Source of the DNA: an uncultured Gammaproteobacteria bacterium
Lineage (GTDB): Bacteria; Patescibacteriota; Patescibacteriia; UBA1558; S5-K13
Reading direction: 5' to 3'
Length of the DNA stretch: 64,000 nt
NCBI GenBank assembly: GCA_964486685.1
Contig: CAZAOE010000003.1
Span: 5,306-69,305, forward strand
Shown: positions 9,274-18,697 of the stretch, piece after piece
How positions within the stretch are numbered: position 1 is the first letter of the stretch
How the letters are laid out: each line of letters begins with the position of its first letter
Position numbers and translations under genes: made by a program
Notes under the pieces: model-generated
Told to the model about the DNA's origin: nothing
Databases searched by the model: none
Seen by the model: only the letters and a program-made list of their open reading frames with translations

Positions 9274-10899
9274 ATGAAAAATAATAATAATGTAAAATAT
9301 ATCTTTGTAACTGGCGGTGTCTGTTCTGGTTTAGGTAAGGGTATTTCTAGTGCCTCTATTGGTGCCATTTTAAAATCGGCTAATTATAAAATATTTACTC
9401 TAAAATTAGATCCTTATTTAAATATTGATCCGGGCACAATGAGTCCTTATCAACATGGAGAAGTTTATGTAACAGATGATGGTACTGAAACAGATTTAGA
9501 CTTGGGACACTATGAAAGATTTATTGATACTAATCTTAGTAAGCTATCTAATTTAACAACTGGTCAGGTTTATCAATCTGTTTTAAGCAAAGAAAGAAGG
9601 GGGGGGTTTTTAGGAAAAACTATTCAAATTATTCCTCATATTACCGATGAAATTAAAAAATATATTTACCAAGCCGCCAAAGAAAGTCAAACCGATATTT
9701 TAATCATTGAAATTGGTGGAACCGTAGGTGATATTGAGGGAGAGCCATTCTTAGAAACCGCTCGTCAAATTAGAATTGAACAAGGCTATCATCAAACTAT
9801 GTTCGCTCATGTTACATTATTGCCCTATATTAAGGCCTCTAATGAAACCAAAACTAAACCCACCCAGCTTTCTGTTAAGGAATTATTAAAAAGAGGAATA
9901 ACTCCTGATTTAATTATTGCTCGTACTGAAACTAAAATTACCAAAGAAGCTATTGAAAAAATCTCTATGTTTTGTAATGTAAAACCTGAAGCAGTCATTC
10001 CAGCTCCTACAGTTAAAATACTTTATGAAGTACCTATTAATTTTGAAAAAAGTGGTATTTCTAAAATTATTTACAAACATTTAGAGCTTTCTCATAAAAA
10101 ACCCGACCTAGATCCTTGGAATAAATTGCTGAAAAAAATAAAAAAAATTGATAAAAAAATAACTATTGGATTAATAGGAAAATATACTGAAAATATTGAT
10201 GCTTATTTAAGTGTAAACGAGGCCTTAAAATCTGCATGTTATCACAATAATTTAAAACTTAATTTAATTTGGATAGATTCTGTTAAATTAGAAAAAAATA
10301 ATCATGCAGAAATATCTAAATTAAAAAAATTAGCTGGTTTAGTAGTCCCTGGCGGATTTGGTTCTCGAGGTATTGAAGGAAAAATCAAAGCTGCTAAATT
10401 TGCTCGGGAAAATAAGGTACCTTATTTGGGCCTATGTCTTGGTTCGCAAATTATGGCTATTGAGCTTGCTCGTAATATAGCTAATTTAAAAGACGCCAAC
10501 TCTGAAGAATTTAATCCCAAAAGTGAAAATTTAATTGTTCATTATTTGCCTGGTCAATCTGATGACCGAGAAAAAGGCGGAACTCTTCGTTTGGGGGCCT
10601 ATCCTTGTATTTTAAAAAAGGGGACTAAGGCCTATCAGGCCTATCAAACTAAAAAAATATCTGAAAGGCATAGACATAGATATGAATTTAATAATGCCTA
10701 TCGGGAAATTTTAGAAAAAGCCGGCTTAATTATTTCTGGAGATTCTCCTAATCATAATTTAATGGAAATTGTAGAAATTAAAGACCATCCTTTTATGTTG
10801 GGCTCTCAATTCCACCCTGAATTCAAATCCCGCCCATTAAGACCACACCCCTTATTTAATGCTTTTATCAAAGCAGCAGAAAAGTATAGCAAGAAATAA
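9274..10899 (+). CDS. pyrG: CTP synthase
   Basis: FVTGGVCSGLGKG, DPGTMSPYQHGE, GLCLG, ERHRHRYE, QFHPE. Confidence 0.97.
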   Translation: MKNNNNVKYIFVTGGVCSGLGKGISSASIGAILKSANYKIFTLKLDPYLNIDPGTMSPYQHGEVYVTDDGTETDLDLGHYERFIDTNLSKLSNLTTGQVYQSVLSKERRGGFLGKTIQIIPHITDEIKKYIYQAAKESQTDILIIEIGGTVGDIEGEPFLETARQIRIEQGYHQTMFAHVTLLPYIKASNETKTKPTQLSVKELLKRGITPDLIIARTETKITKEAIEKISMFCNVKPEAVIPAPTVKILYEVPINFEKSGISKIIYKHLELSHKKPDLDPWNKLLKKIKKIDKKITIGLIGKYTENIDAYLSVNEALKSACYHNNLKLNLIWIDSVKLEKNNHAEISKLKKLAGLVVPGGFGSRGIEGKIKAAKFARENKVPYLGLCLGSQIMAIELARNIANLKDANSEEFNPKSENLIVHYLPGQSDDREKGGTLRLGAYPCILKKGTKAYQAYQTKKISERHRHRYEFNNAYREILEKAGLIISGDSPNHNLMEIVEIKDHPFMLGSQFHPEFKSRPLRPHPLFNAFIKAAEKYSKK

Positions 10900-11054
10900 A
10901 TAGCTTAAATATATAAAACAAATCCTTTCATTGACAATCAGGTCTTTTTAGTTTATAATTTATCAAGTTAATTATTGGGTCGTCCGCCTACGCATAAAGC
11001 TACGGCAGGACTGAAATAAAATTAAAATTTGATATTTAAAATTTATTTGAAATT

Positions 11055-11075
11055 CCTGCCTGCCGGCAGGCAGGT
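11055..11075. repeat. 21-bp palindrome CCTGCCTGCCGGCAGGCAGGT (intergenic copy)
   Basis: Identical copy at 30781-30801; coding variant at 33325-33345. Confidence 0.85.
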
Positions 11076-11106
11076 ATTGTTTGAAATTTGTAATTTAATA
11101 AAGCAT

Positions 11107-11181
11107 TGGGTCGTAGCCAAGTGGTAAGGCAACGGGTTTTGATCCCGTCATGCGTAGGTTCGAATCCTACCGACCCAGCCA
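11107..11181 (+). tRNA. tRNA-Gln(TTG)
   Basis: Acceptor TGGGTCG/CGACCCA, anticodon arm ACGGG-TTTTGAT-CCCGT, GGTTCGAATCC, encoded CCA. Confidence 0.96.
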
Positions 11182-11232
11182 TTCTTCGCTCTCGCTTTAC
11201 TCGAGCTACGAATGGCACGGCCATTAACTTAA

Positions 11233-11322
11233 GGAGAGTTGCCAGAGCGGTCGAATGGGACAGTCTTGAAAACTGTTGAGCCTTTACGGGTTCCGGGGGT
11301 TCGAATCCCTCACTCTCCGCCA
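11233..11322 (+). tRNA. tRNA-Ser(TGA)
   Basis: GGAGAG/CTCTCC acceptor, ACAGT-CTTGAAA-ACTGT anticodon arm, long variable arm, encoded CCA. Confidence 0.95.
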
Positions 11323-11435
11323 TCTCATGCTAGCACGATAATATTAAAAATGACTTCTTTATGGAGCTGTTTTTTTTATTTGACCTTAGTCTATAATTAA
11401 GTTAACATATCTATAGTAAGTAATTTTATAAATAT

Positions 11436-12665
11436 ATGCCCACTAAAAAAATTATAACTAGGGGTCCTAAATCTAAAATTGTTGCTTCAAAAAAAGTTAA
11501 AAAGAAAATTACCAATAAAAAATCGTTAAAAATACATAGAAACGAAAAATTTAAGGGTATATACATACAATATAAAATTAATATCGAACTACACGAAAAA
11601 TCAGTTTTTGTGATAGGTGATTATGCCAATAAATATGATTCTTCAATAAAAAAAAGACTTAATGAAATATATGAAAAAATAAAAACAAAAAAAGGAAAAC
11701 TAACTGTTTTAGATTTGAATACTTTGGAAAAATATTTAGAGATGCATCCTCAACAAGAATCCTTGTTTGCAAAAAATACAATTGTATCTATAGTGTCATT
11801 GATGGATAATGTTTTTTCTTCAATATTTAGATATTATTATTCTAACAATCCAGAAAGATTATCTATTGAAAATAAATCAATTACATATGCGGAACTCAAT
11901 GAGGTGGCTAAGATTGAAGACGCAAAAACATATCTACTAGATAAAGAAATAGAAAAAATACTTCTAAATGAAGGTATAAAAGATAGATTCCGTATTCTAA
12001 AAGAAGACATGGGCATTACACTTCCTGATAACAAAGAACATCTAGATGAATTAAATAAACTGATTAAAACGCGCAATCTTATTGTTCATAATTCATGTTG
12101 TGCTGATCAAGAATATATAAAAAAATATGGTTCGAAGGGTATGGAAAAGGGAAGTCATATTCCTTTAAACAAACAGTACCTATTGGACTCCCTAGCCCTA
12201 GTTTTTTATATAGGTGGCTTTATCCTACAATCTGTGCAAATTAAATATGCTGATAAAAAACTTGATGACAGAGACTTTATACTTAATGACTTGATACACG
12301 AATTGGTAAAGAAAGAAAAATTCACGTACATTAAAGAATTATATAATGCTTCAAAAATTTTTACTTTAACTGATATGACTAAAAAAATGATTGTTATTAA
12401 CTTTTGTATTGGAGCAAAAAAACAAGGAAGGTCTAAACAACACATTGATCAGATTTTAGAAAAAGAGGATTGGAGCGTTGAAGATGACGATCTATCGCTA
12501 TATTTATATGCATTAAAAGATCAACATAATATGTTTTATTCTCACTTAAAAAAACTTATAAAAAATAACCAAATACGTAAAAGAGAGTTATTAGAGTGGG
12601 AAATATTTACATTTTATAGAAAAAAAGCAAAATTTAGGGAAATAATAAAAAAAGTAATAAAATAA
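11436..12665 (+). CDS. Hypothetical protein with a HEPN-type RX4H motif (putative defence RNase)
   Basis: KTRNLIVHN after a helical region; lies directly downstream of tRNA-Ser. Confidence 0.55.
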   Translation: MPTKKIITRGPKSKIVASKKVKKKITNKKSLKIHRNEKFKGIYIQYKINIELHEKSVFVIGDYANKYDSSIKKRLNEIYEKIKTKKGKLTVLDLNTLEKYLEMHPQQESLFAKNTIVSIVSLMDNVFSSIFRYYYSNNPERLSIENKSITYAELNEVAKIEDAKTYLLDKEIEKILLNEGIKDRFRILKEDMGITLPDNKEHLDELNKLIKTRNLIVHNSCCADQEYIKKYGSKGMEKGSHIPLNKQYLLDSLALVFYIGGFILQSVQIKYADKKLDDRDFILNDLIHELVKKEKFTYIKELYNASKIFTLTDMTKKMIVINFCIGAKKQGRSKQHIDQILEKEDWSVEDDDLSLYLYALKDQHNMFYSHLKKLIKNNQIRKRELLEWEIFTFYRKKAKFREIIKKVIK

Positions 12666-12794
12666 TATAATGTTATCTGACTAAAGAAGAGTGTGGTTGT
12701 GTCACTTTTGTCACCTTTTAAAGAAGCGCTCGAGGATCTTATTTATTGAAATGAAGAAAAATGCTAGAATAACCTTACTGGGCTTGACGAAATT

Positions 12795-12821
12795 GGGGTT
12801 CCAGCCCGATGTAGCCCGCCA
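12795..12821 (+). other. Degenerate copy of a tRNA 3' end (possible att scar)
   Basis: GGGGTTC-N14-CCGCCA, the same anchors and spacing as the tRNA-Ser 3' end (11296-11322). Confidence 0.45.
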
Positions 12822-12842
12822 ATTAATTCGTTAGAATTAATT

Positions 12843-12864
12843 GTCCTGAGCGAAGTCGAAGGAC
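12843..12864. repeat. REP-like GTCCTGAGCGAAGTCGAAGGAC
   Basis: GC-rich imperfect palindrome in AT-rich context. Confidence 0.55.
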
Positions 12865-12961
12865 ACTCGAAAAATCATCTACTAGGTAGATGTTTTTTGT
12901 TTGAAAAATTGATAAAATAAAAAAACTTCTCGTGATAATTACGAGAAGTTTTTTAAAATGA

Positions 12962-13249
12962 TTAATTTCTAATTGCACATTTTAATTGTGAAGAATCTCC
13001 TTTTTTCACATTATTTTTCCAGTGTAATGGTTGTAAATTAGAGAGAGCATCACTTCCATCCCGTGAATCTGGCACAATATGATCTATTTCCCATCCGTAT
13101 TTTGCATCTCTGTCACCGTGTTTGCTAAATTGCATCCACGCATTACAAGCGTCTTTTCTATAGATATTGGGATTATTATTGCCAACAATTTTTCCTTTTT
13201 TCCAAACTGCTGCAATTATATCACTTGACCATCTTTCTATTCTATACAT
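12962..13249 (-). CDS. Small HNH endonuclease
   Basis: GWEIDHIVP..DGSDALSNLQPLHWKNN. Confidence 0.85.
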   Translation of the reverse strand: MYRIERWSSDIIAAVWKKGKIVGNNNPNIYRKDACNAWMQFSKHGDRDAKYGWEIDHIVPDSRDGSDALSNLQPLHWKNNVKKGDSSQLKCAIRN

Positions 13250-13595
13250 AATTCTTTAAAATTAATAATTAAATATTTACTAAAAATTGAAAATGTGCTA
13301 TCCTTTAGTTGTTAAAAGTGTTTTGTGTAGGATTTCGATTTTACACATTTTCAAACGAGGTTCAATGAGGCCTCGTTTTGATTTTTAGAATTTTCAAAAC
13401 TTAATAAAAATATAATTAATCTTATTTTACAAAATACCAAAATACTATATATAGTAGTCTAACTATGTTTTAGTATACCACATTTTGTGTTTTTTTACAA
13501 ATTATAATTGTGGATAAATGCCTTTTTGTCCTAATATAGTGGGGATTCAAAATATTTTATTTGATTTTTTTATATGAAAATGGGAGAATAGATAT

Positions 13596-14405
13596 ATGAC
13601 TAAACCATATTACAAAAGCAAAGATGGCAAATTTGTTTTATATAAGGAAGATACTTTAGAATATTTAAAAAAGCTCAAAAAGGATTCGGTCGACATGATT
13701 TTTGCTGATCCACCGTATTTTCTTTCAAGTGGAACTTTCACTTGCCAAAATGGGAAAATGGTTAGCGTTAAAAAAGGAAATTGGGATTTAAGCAATGGTC
13801 TAAAGAAAAATTTTAAATTTCAAAGAGAATGGATTAAATTATGTAAGAAAATATTAAAACCAAATGGAACAATATGGATCAGCGGAACCTATCATTCTAT
13901 TTATCAATGTGGCTTTGCTTTACAAGCCGAAGGATATCATCTTTTGAATGATGTATCTTGGTTTAAACCAAACGCAGCCCCTAATTTAAGTTGTAGATTT
14001 TTTACCGCTAGCCACGAAACATTAATTTGGGCCAAAAAAGACAAGAAAGCAAAACATAAATTTAATTATGATTTAATGAGAGACGGTAAATGGCCAGAAG
14101 ATAAATTTAAAGTCCCCAATAAACAAATGAGATCTGTTTGGTCAATTAATACTCCTAAAAATGGCGAAAAACAATTCGGAAAACATCCCACTCAAAAACC
14201 AATGGATTTGTTGAAAAGAATTATTTTGGCTAGCACAGATAAAAATGATTTAGTTTTAGATCCATTTACTGGAAGTTCCACTACTGGAATCGCTGCTCAC
14301 ATGTTAGGTCGAAGATTTGTTGGAATTGATAAGGAAAAAAAGTATTTAGATTTATCGATTAAAAGATTTGAACACTTAGAAAAAAATCAAAAATTAAATA
14401 TATAA
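13596..14405 (+). CDS. Beta-class DNA amino-methyltransferase, DpnA-like (probably GATC)
   Basis: DMIFADPPYFLS..GKMVSVKKGNWD, HPTQKP, LDPFTGSSTTG. Confidence 0.88.
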   Translation: MTKPYYKSKDGKFVLYKEDTLEYLKKLKKDSVDMIFADPPYFLSSGTFTCQNGKMVSVKKGNWDLSNGLKKNFKFQREWIKLCKKILKPNGTIWISGTYHSIYQCGFALQAEGYHLLNDVSWFKPNAAPNLSCRFFTASHETLIWAKKDKKAKHKFNYDLMRDGKWPEDKFKVPNKQMRSVWSINTPKNGEKQFGKHPTQKPMDLLKRIILASTDKNDLVLDPFTGSSTTGIAAHMLGRRFVGIDKEKKYLDLSIKRFEHLEKNQKLNI

Positions 14406-14409
14406 AATT

Positions 14410-15180
14410 ATGGCTAATAGTAAATCATGGGCGAAAATATTTAAAGATCATAATATCGGTGAACACGATTTTTCTAAGAAACCCTTCATTCTTAACGCTG
14501 AAGATATTAAAAAGTCTTGTCAAAGATTTAAAAAAACTGCTGAAAAGGAAGTTCGTATTTTGTGTAAACAAGACACAAGAGAATCTCGTCCAAGAATATT
14601 TAGAAATAATAATTTATTCTTGTTGCCAGTTAAAAATGGAATATATAATATTATAAAAGGAGAGGGTTATATAGATATGCCGGAAATTAAAAAAGAGATA
14701 ACAGTTTATAACTCAAAATTAAATTTTCATTTAGATTCTTCGGAAATCGGTAATTCTGAGATGCAACATTTGGATTTTGCTTATGCCTCTAGTTTAATAA
14801 GAACATTCATGGAAGATACTAGTTTAGTATTAACAATCCGAGGAAGAAAATATACTCCAGAATTTAATTTTTCAGTAGGAAAACAAAATATTAGTGTCCA
14901 AAGCGTACAAACAGAAGTTGATGCAGGATATGAGGGAAAAAAACAAATAGTATTAATAGAGGCAAAAAGTCCGGGTATTAAAAATACAATTATTAGACAA
15001 CTATATTACCCATTTAGACAATGGCAAAATTGCACTAATAAAAAAATTGTTACCTTATTTTTTGAAAGAGATCAAAAAGAAAATTCTTATTCAATTTGGC
15101 AATTTCAATTTAAAAATGTTAAAGACTATTCTAGTATAGAATTAGTTAAATCTGGAAAATATAGAATAATAGAAAAATAA
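14410..15180 (+). CDS. Putative type II restriction endonuclease (PD-(D/E)XK)
   Basis: EVDAGYEG...LIEAK catalytic-like motif; 4 bp downstream of the MTase. Confidence 0.7.
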   Translation: MANSKSWAKIFKDHNIGEHDFSKKPFILNAEDIKKSCQRFKKTAEKEVRILCKQDTRESRPRIFRNNNLFLLPVKNGIYNIIKGEGYIDMPEIKKEITVYNSKLNFHLDSSEIGNSEMQHLDFAYASSLIRTFMEDTSLVLTIRGRKYTPEFNFSVGKQNISVQSVQTEVDAGYEGKKQIVLIEAKSPGIKNTIIRQLYYPFRQWQNCTNKKIVTLFFERDQKENSYSIWQFQFKNVKDYSSIELVKSGKYRIIEK

Positions 15181-15318
15181 ATATATTAAAAATCACTTCA
15201 AATAAAACAAATGAAGTGCTTTTTTTGTTGATTTTGATATAATGATAGTAAGTTTAAAACGCAAAACGCAAAACTAATTTCTACAACCTAATAAGCTAAC
15301 CCCCTACAAGCTAACCTT

Positions 15319-15687
15319 ATGTCTAAATTTTTAAAATGGACCCCGCGAATTTTAACAATTGCTTTTATTTTATTCATCAGTTTATTTGCTTTAGATTCTT
15401 TCGGAGGAGATGTTCCTGTTTTACATCAAATTATCGGATTTATAATTCATCTTATCCCTAGTTTTGTTTTAGTGGCCATTTTAATCTTGGCTTGGAAAAA
15501 ACCTCAGATTGGAGGAATAATATTTTTAGGAATTGGCTGTGCCTTTACTATATTTTTTAATACCTATGAGCATTTACTCAATTTTTTACTTATTTCGTGC
15601 CCGGTATTTATAATAGGAATATTGTTTTTAATAACGCAAAACGCAAAGTTTAAAACGCAAAATAAAAAACTTAAAATTAATAATTAA
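15319..15687 (+). CDS. Small integral membrane protein
   Basis: About four hydrophobic helices; KWTPRIL..F..LFALD N-terminus. Confidence 0.7.
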   Translation: MSKFLKWTPRILTIAFILFISLFALDSFGGDVPVLHQIIGFIIHLIPSFVLVAILILAWKKPQIGGIIFLGIGCAFTIFFNTYEHLLNFLLISCPVFIIGILFLITQNAKFKTQNKKLKINN

Positions 15688-15715
15688 AAAAAACTTTCAA
15701 CTTTCTACAAAAATT

Positions 15716-16354
15716 ATGGACAAACAAGATTTAATCCAAAAATGGAAAGAGGAGGATCTGAATTTTGATGAATCTGTTATCAAAGCATTTTTAGATGTCC
15801 CCAGAGAAAATTTTGTTTTAAAAGGTCATAAAGCTTTAGCTTATCAAGACACTCCCTTGCCAATATTAGAAAACCAAACTATTTCACAGCCAAAAACAGT
15901 AATGATAATGACTCAAGCATTAGAATTAAAACCAGGACAAAAAATTTTAGAAATTGGAACCGGCTCTGGATATCAAGCGGCTATTATTTCTAAAATCATT
16001 GGTGAAAAGGGTAGGACTATTACACTAGAAATTAGAGATGAATTATTTAAAATGGCTAAAAAAAACTTAAAAAATTACAAAAACGTTGAAGTGATTAAGG
16101 GTGATGGTAGTATTGGATATCAAAAACAAGCACCTTATGACAGGATAATCTTAACAGCAACAGCTCCTTATATATCAGATGAATTAAAACAGCAACTTAA
16201 AAACAACGGAATAATATTAAGCCCTGTCGCTAAAAGCGGATTCCAAAAAATGATTAAACTTATCAAAAACAAAGATGGCTTTAAAAAAGAAGATTTAGGA
16301 TATTTTTCATTTGTTCCATTAATAGGACAAGGTGGTTGTAAAAATATGCTATAA
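15716..16354 (+). CDS. pcm: Protein-L-isoaspartate O-methyltransferase
   Basis: VPRENF, QTISQP, LEIGTGSGYQAA, APYDRII, FVPL. Confidence 0.93.
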   Translation: MDKQDLIQKWKEEDLNFDESVIKAFLDVPRENFVLKGHKALAYQDTPLPILENQTISQPKTVMIMTQALELKPGQKILEIGTGSGYQAAIISKIIGEKGRTITLEIRDELFKMAKKNLKNYKNVEVIKGDGSIGYQKQAPYDRIILTATAPYISDELKQQLKNNGIILSPVAKSGFQKMIKLIKNKDGFKKEDLGYFSFVPLIGQGGCKNML

Positions 16355-16387
16355 TGAAGACAATAAATTAAATAATAATTAAATATT

Positions 16388-16951
16388 ATGTCTACTAAAA
16401 TTAAAGAATATTTAAATATCCAAAACTGGGATAAAATAAAAATTATTGCTTCTGTAAATGCCAAAACATTAGAATTAATTATTCTGTCTAGTCTAGCCTT
16501 AATAACGCCTATATTTTTAAAACACCCCCAAATACTTGTCGGAGTTATTATTAATGCCATTCTCATTAAGGGAGCTTTGTCTTTAAAAAAATATCAACTT
16601 TTACCCTTAATAATAATGCCTTCTGTTGGTGTAGTGCTGGGTGGATATTTATTTGGAGGTTTAACAAAATTTGTATTTTTTATAATGCCGTTTATTTGGC
16701 TTGGCAACACTATATTAATATACTTATTTAAAAAAAGAACAAATAAAAACTATATTTTCACGCTTTTATTGGCATCTTTTTCAAAAATGACATTTTTATT
16801 TTTAAGTGCCTTAATTTTATATTTATTAAATATAATTCCAAAACCACTTTTAATGGCTATGGGCTATATGCAATTTATAACCGCTATTTTAGGTGGCACC
16901 CTAGTATTAACTGAATTAAAAATTGAAAAATGGTTCAAACCCATTAAATGA
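16388..16951 (+). CDS. Membrane protein, ECF S-component-like
   Basis: Five to six TM helices; Q..VG.IINA, P.IW.GN, Q.ITA..GG pattern. Confidence 0.55.
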   Translation: MSTKIKEYLNIQNWDKIKIIASVNAKTLELIILSSLALITPIFLKHPQILVGVIINAILIKGALSLKKYQLLPLIIMPSVGVVLGGYLFGGLTKFVFFIMPFIWLGNTILIYLFKKRTNKNYIFTLLLASFSKMTFLFLSALILYLLNIIPKPLLMAMGYMQFITAILGGTLVLTELKIEKWFKPIK

Positions 16952-16999
16952 ATAAGAAATGTAAAAACTGGCATAAAACTTATTGTAACCAATTAATGT

Positions 17000-17449
17000 A
17001 TGAACAATATAAAAAATAAAAAAAAATCATCTAACGGGTCTAAGAAAAAATTAATCATAGAACACCTCCATGATATTCAAGCTAAGCACGGATTTATTTC
17101 AGAAAAAGAATTAAAAAAACTAAGCTTTCAAACAAAAAAATCCGTAGCCGAGCTTTATGAAGCGGCATCATCTTACGCTTATTTTAGTTTTGAAAAAAAA
17201 CCAGAAAAATTAATCAAAATTTGTGATAGTCCTGTCTGTCATCTGAAGGGCAGTGAAAATTTACTTAAACATATTGAGAAATTAATCGGAATTAAAGTAG
17301 GAAATAAAAATTCTAAAGTTGGTTTAGAAACAACTCAATGTTTAGGTTTATGTGATCAAGCTCCAGTAATACAAATTAACGATAAATTTTATACCAAACT
17401 AACCAAAGATAAAATTGCACAAATCCTAAAGAAGCAAAAAATATTATAA
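17000..17449 (+). CDS. NuoE-like [2Fe-2S] subunit of [FeFe]-hydrogenase (HydC)
   Basis: CDSPVCHLKG and CLGLCDQAP. Confidence 0.9.
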   Translation: MNNIKNKKKSSNGSKKKLIIEHLHDIQAKHGFISEKELKKLSFQTKKSVAELYEAASSYAYFSFEKKPEKLIKICDSPVCHLKGSENLLKHIEKLIGIKVGNKNSKVGLETTQCLGLCDQAPVIQINDKFYTKLTKDKIAQILKKQKIL

Positions 17450-17611
17450 TACCAATATACGAATGTATACTAATTATACCAATACAATACGAATAGAATT
17501 TATAAATGATTTATAAATTTTAGGATTAATTAAATTATTAGTATAATATTCGTATCATTGGTATTAATTAGTATATTAGCATTATTATATTAGCATTATA
17601 ATCATTCGTAT
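17446..17611. repeat. Inverted array of TAC(C/G/T)AAT / ATT(A/C/G)GTA units
   Basis: Left half TACCAAT/TACGAAT/TACTAAT, right half their complements; relatives at 47929-48068 and 30723-30825. Confidence 0.7.
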
Positions 17612-18694
17612 ATGCAAATACTTGTAAAAAATAACTTCCAGACCTGGAAAAAAATAAAAAATCTCAGTTCCCAAAAAATAATAGAAAAAATAAAACAATC
17701 AGGCCTTAATGGCAGAGGCGGGGCTAATTTTCCTGTTGGAAAAAAATGGAAATTTTCTTATCCTGTAAAATATTTAATCTGTAATGCTGATGAAAGCGAA
17801 CCTGGCACTTTTAAAGACCACTTTGTTTTAAAACATTGCCCAGAATTAGTTATTGAAGGTATTAATATCGGAATAAAGGCCTTAAAAGTTGAAACTGCTT
17901 ATATCTATTTACGCGAAGAATATAAAAAGCTAAAGCCAGAATTTGAAAGCATAATTAAAAAACATTCTCCTTATAATATTAAAGTCATTATTGGGGCTGG
18001 GGCCTATATTTGTGGCGAAGAAACCGGCCAAATTAATAGCTTAGAGGGCCTACGAGCTGAATCTCGACATAAACCACCTTATCCGGCTGAAAAGGGCCTA
18101 TTTGACAAAAAAACCTGCGTTAATAATATAGAAACTTTTGCTAGAATACCTTTAATTTGGCAGAAGGGTTTTAATCCTAAATTATTATTATTTTCTATTT
18201 CTGGGGATGTAGAAAAACCTGGCGTCTATGAAATTGAAGTCGGAACCAAATTAGCAAAATTATTAAACTTAGCTCAAGCAAAAAATCCTAAAGCAATATT
18301 TTTAGGTGCTAGTGGCGGTTGTTTTCCTGCTGACCCTAATTTTATTCTCAATCATGAATATATTAAAAATAAAGGTGGTCTTTTGGGCGCTGGAGGTCTA
18401 ATTGTTTTAAATCAAACCCGCGATATCGTAGACACTTGTCGTTCAATTATTCAATTTTTTACCGATGAAAATTGCGGTAAATGTACTCCTTGCCGGGAAG
18501 GAAATTTTCGCTTATTACAATTATTCCAGGTTATTCTTAGTCGAAAATGGACTAAAGAAGAATTTGAATGGATTAAAAAATTAATCCAATTTATTCCCCA
18601 GGGCTCGCAATGCGCCTTAGGTCAATCATCAACTTTGCATTTAAGTACGGCTTTGAAATATTTTAAAAATGATTTTTTAGCTAAAATTGAATAA
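17612..18694 (+). CDS. NuoF-like FMN/NADH-binding subunit (short HydB)
   Basis: GRGGANFP, CNADESEPGTFKD, GAYICGEET, CGKCTPCREG..C. Confidence 0.92.
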   Translation: MQILVKNNFQTWKKIKNLSSQKIIEKIKQSGLNGRGGANFPVGKKWKFSYPVKYLICNADESEPGTFKDHFVLKHCPELVIEGINIGIKALKVETAYIYLREEYKKLKPEFESIIKKHSPYNIKVIIGAGAYICGEETGQINSLEGLRAESRHKPPYPAEKGLFDKKTCVNNIETFARIPLIWQKGFNPKLLLFSISGDVEKPGVYEIEVGTKLAKLLNLAQAKNPKAIFLGASGGCFPADPNFILNHEYIKNKGGLLGAGGLIVLNQTRDIVDTCRSIIQFFTDENCGKCTPCREGNFRLLQLFQVILSRKWTKEEFEWIKKLIQFIPQGSQCALGQSSTLHLSTALKYFKNDFLAKIE

Positions 18695-18697
18695 ATT

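Noticed and set aside
11036-11323. 95-aa minus-strand ORF
   Set aside because: It is the antisense of tRNA-Gln, tRNA-Ser and REP sequences
12780-12821. Third tRNA gene
   Set aside because: No D or anticodon arm; retained only as a possible att scar
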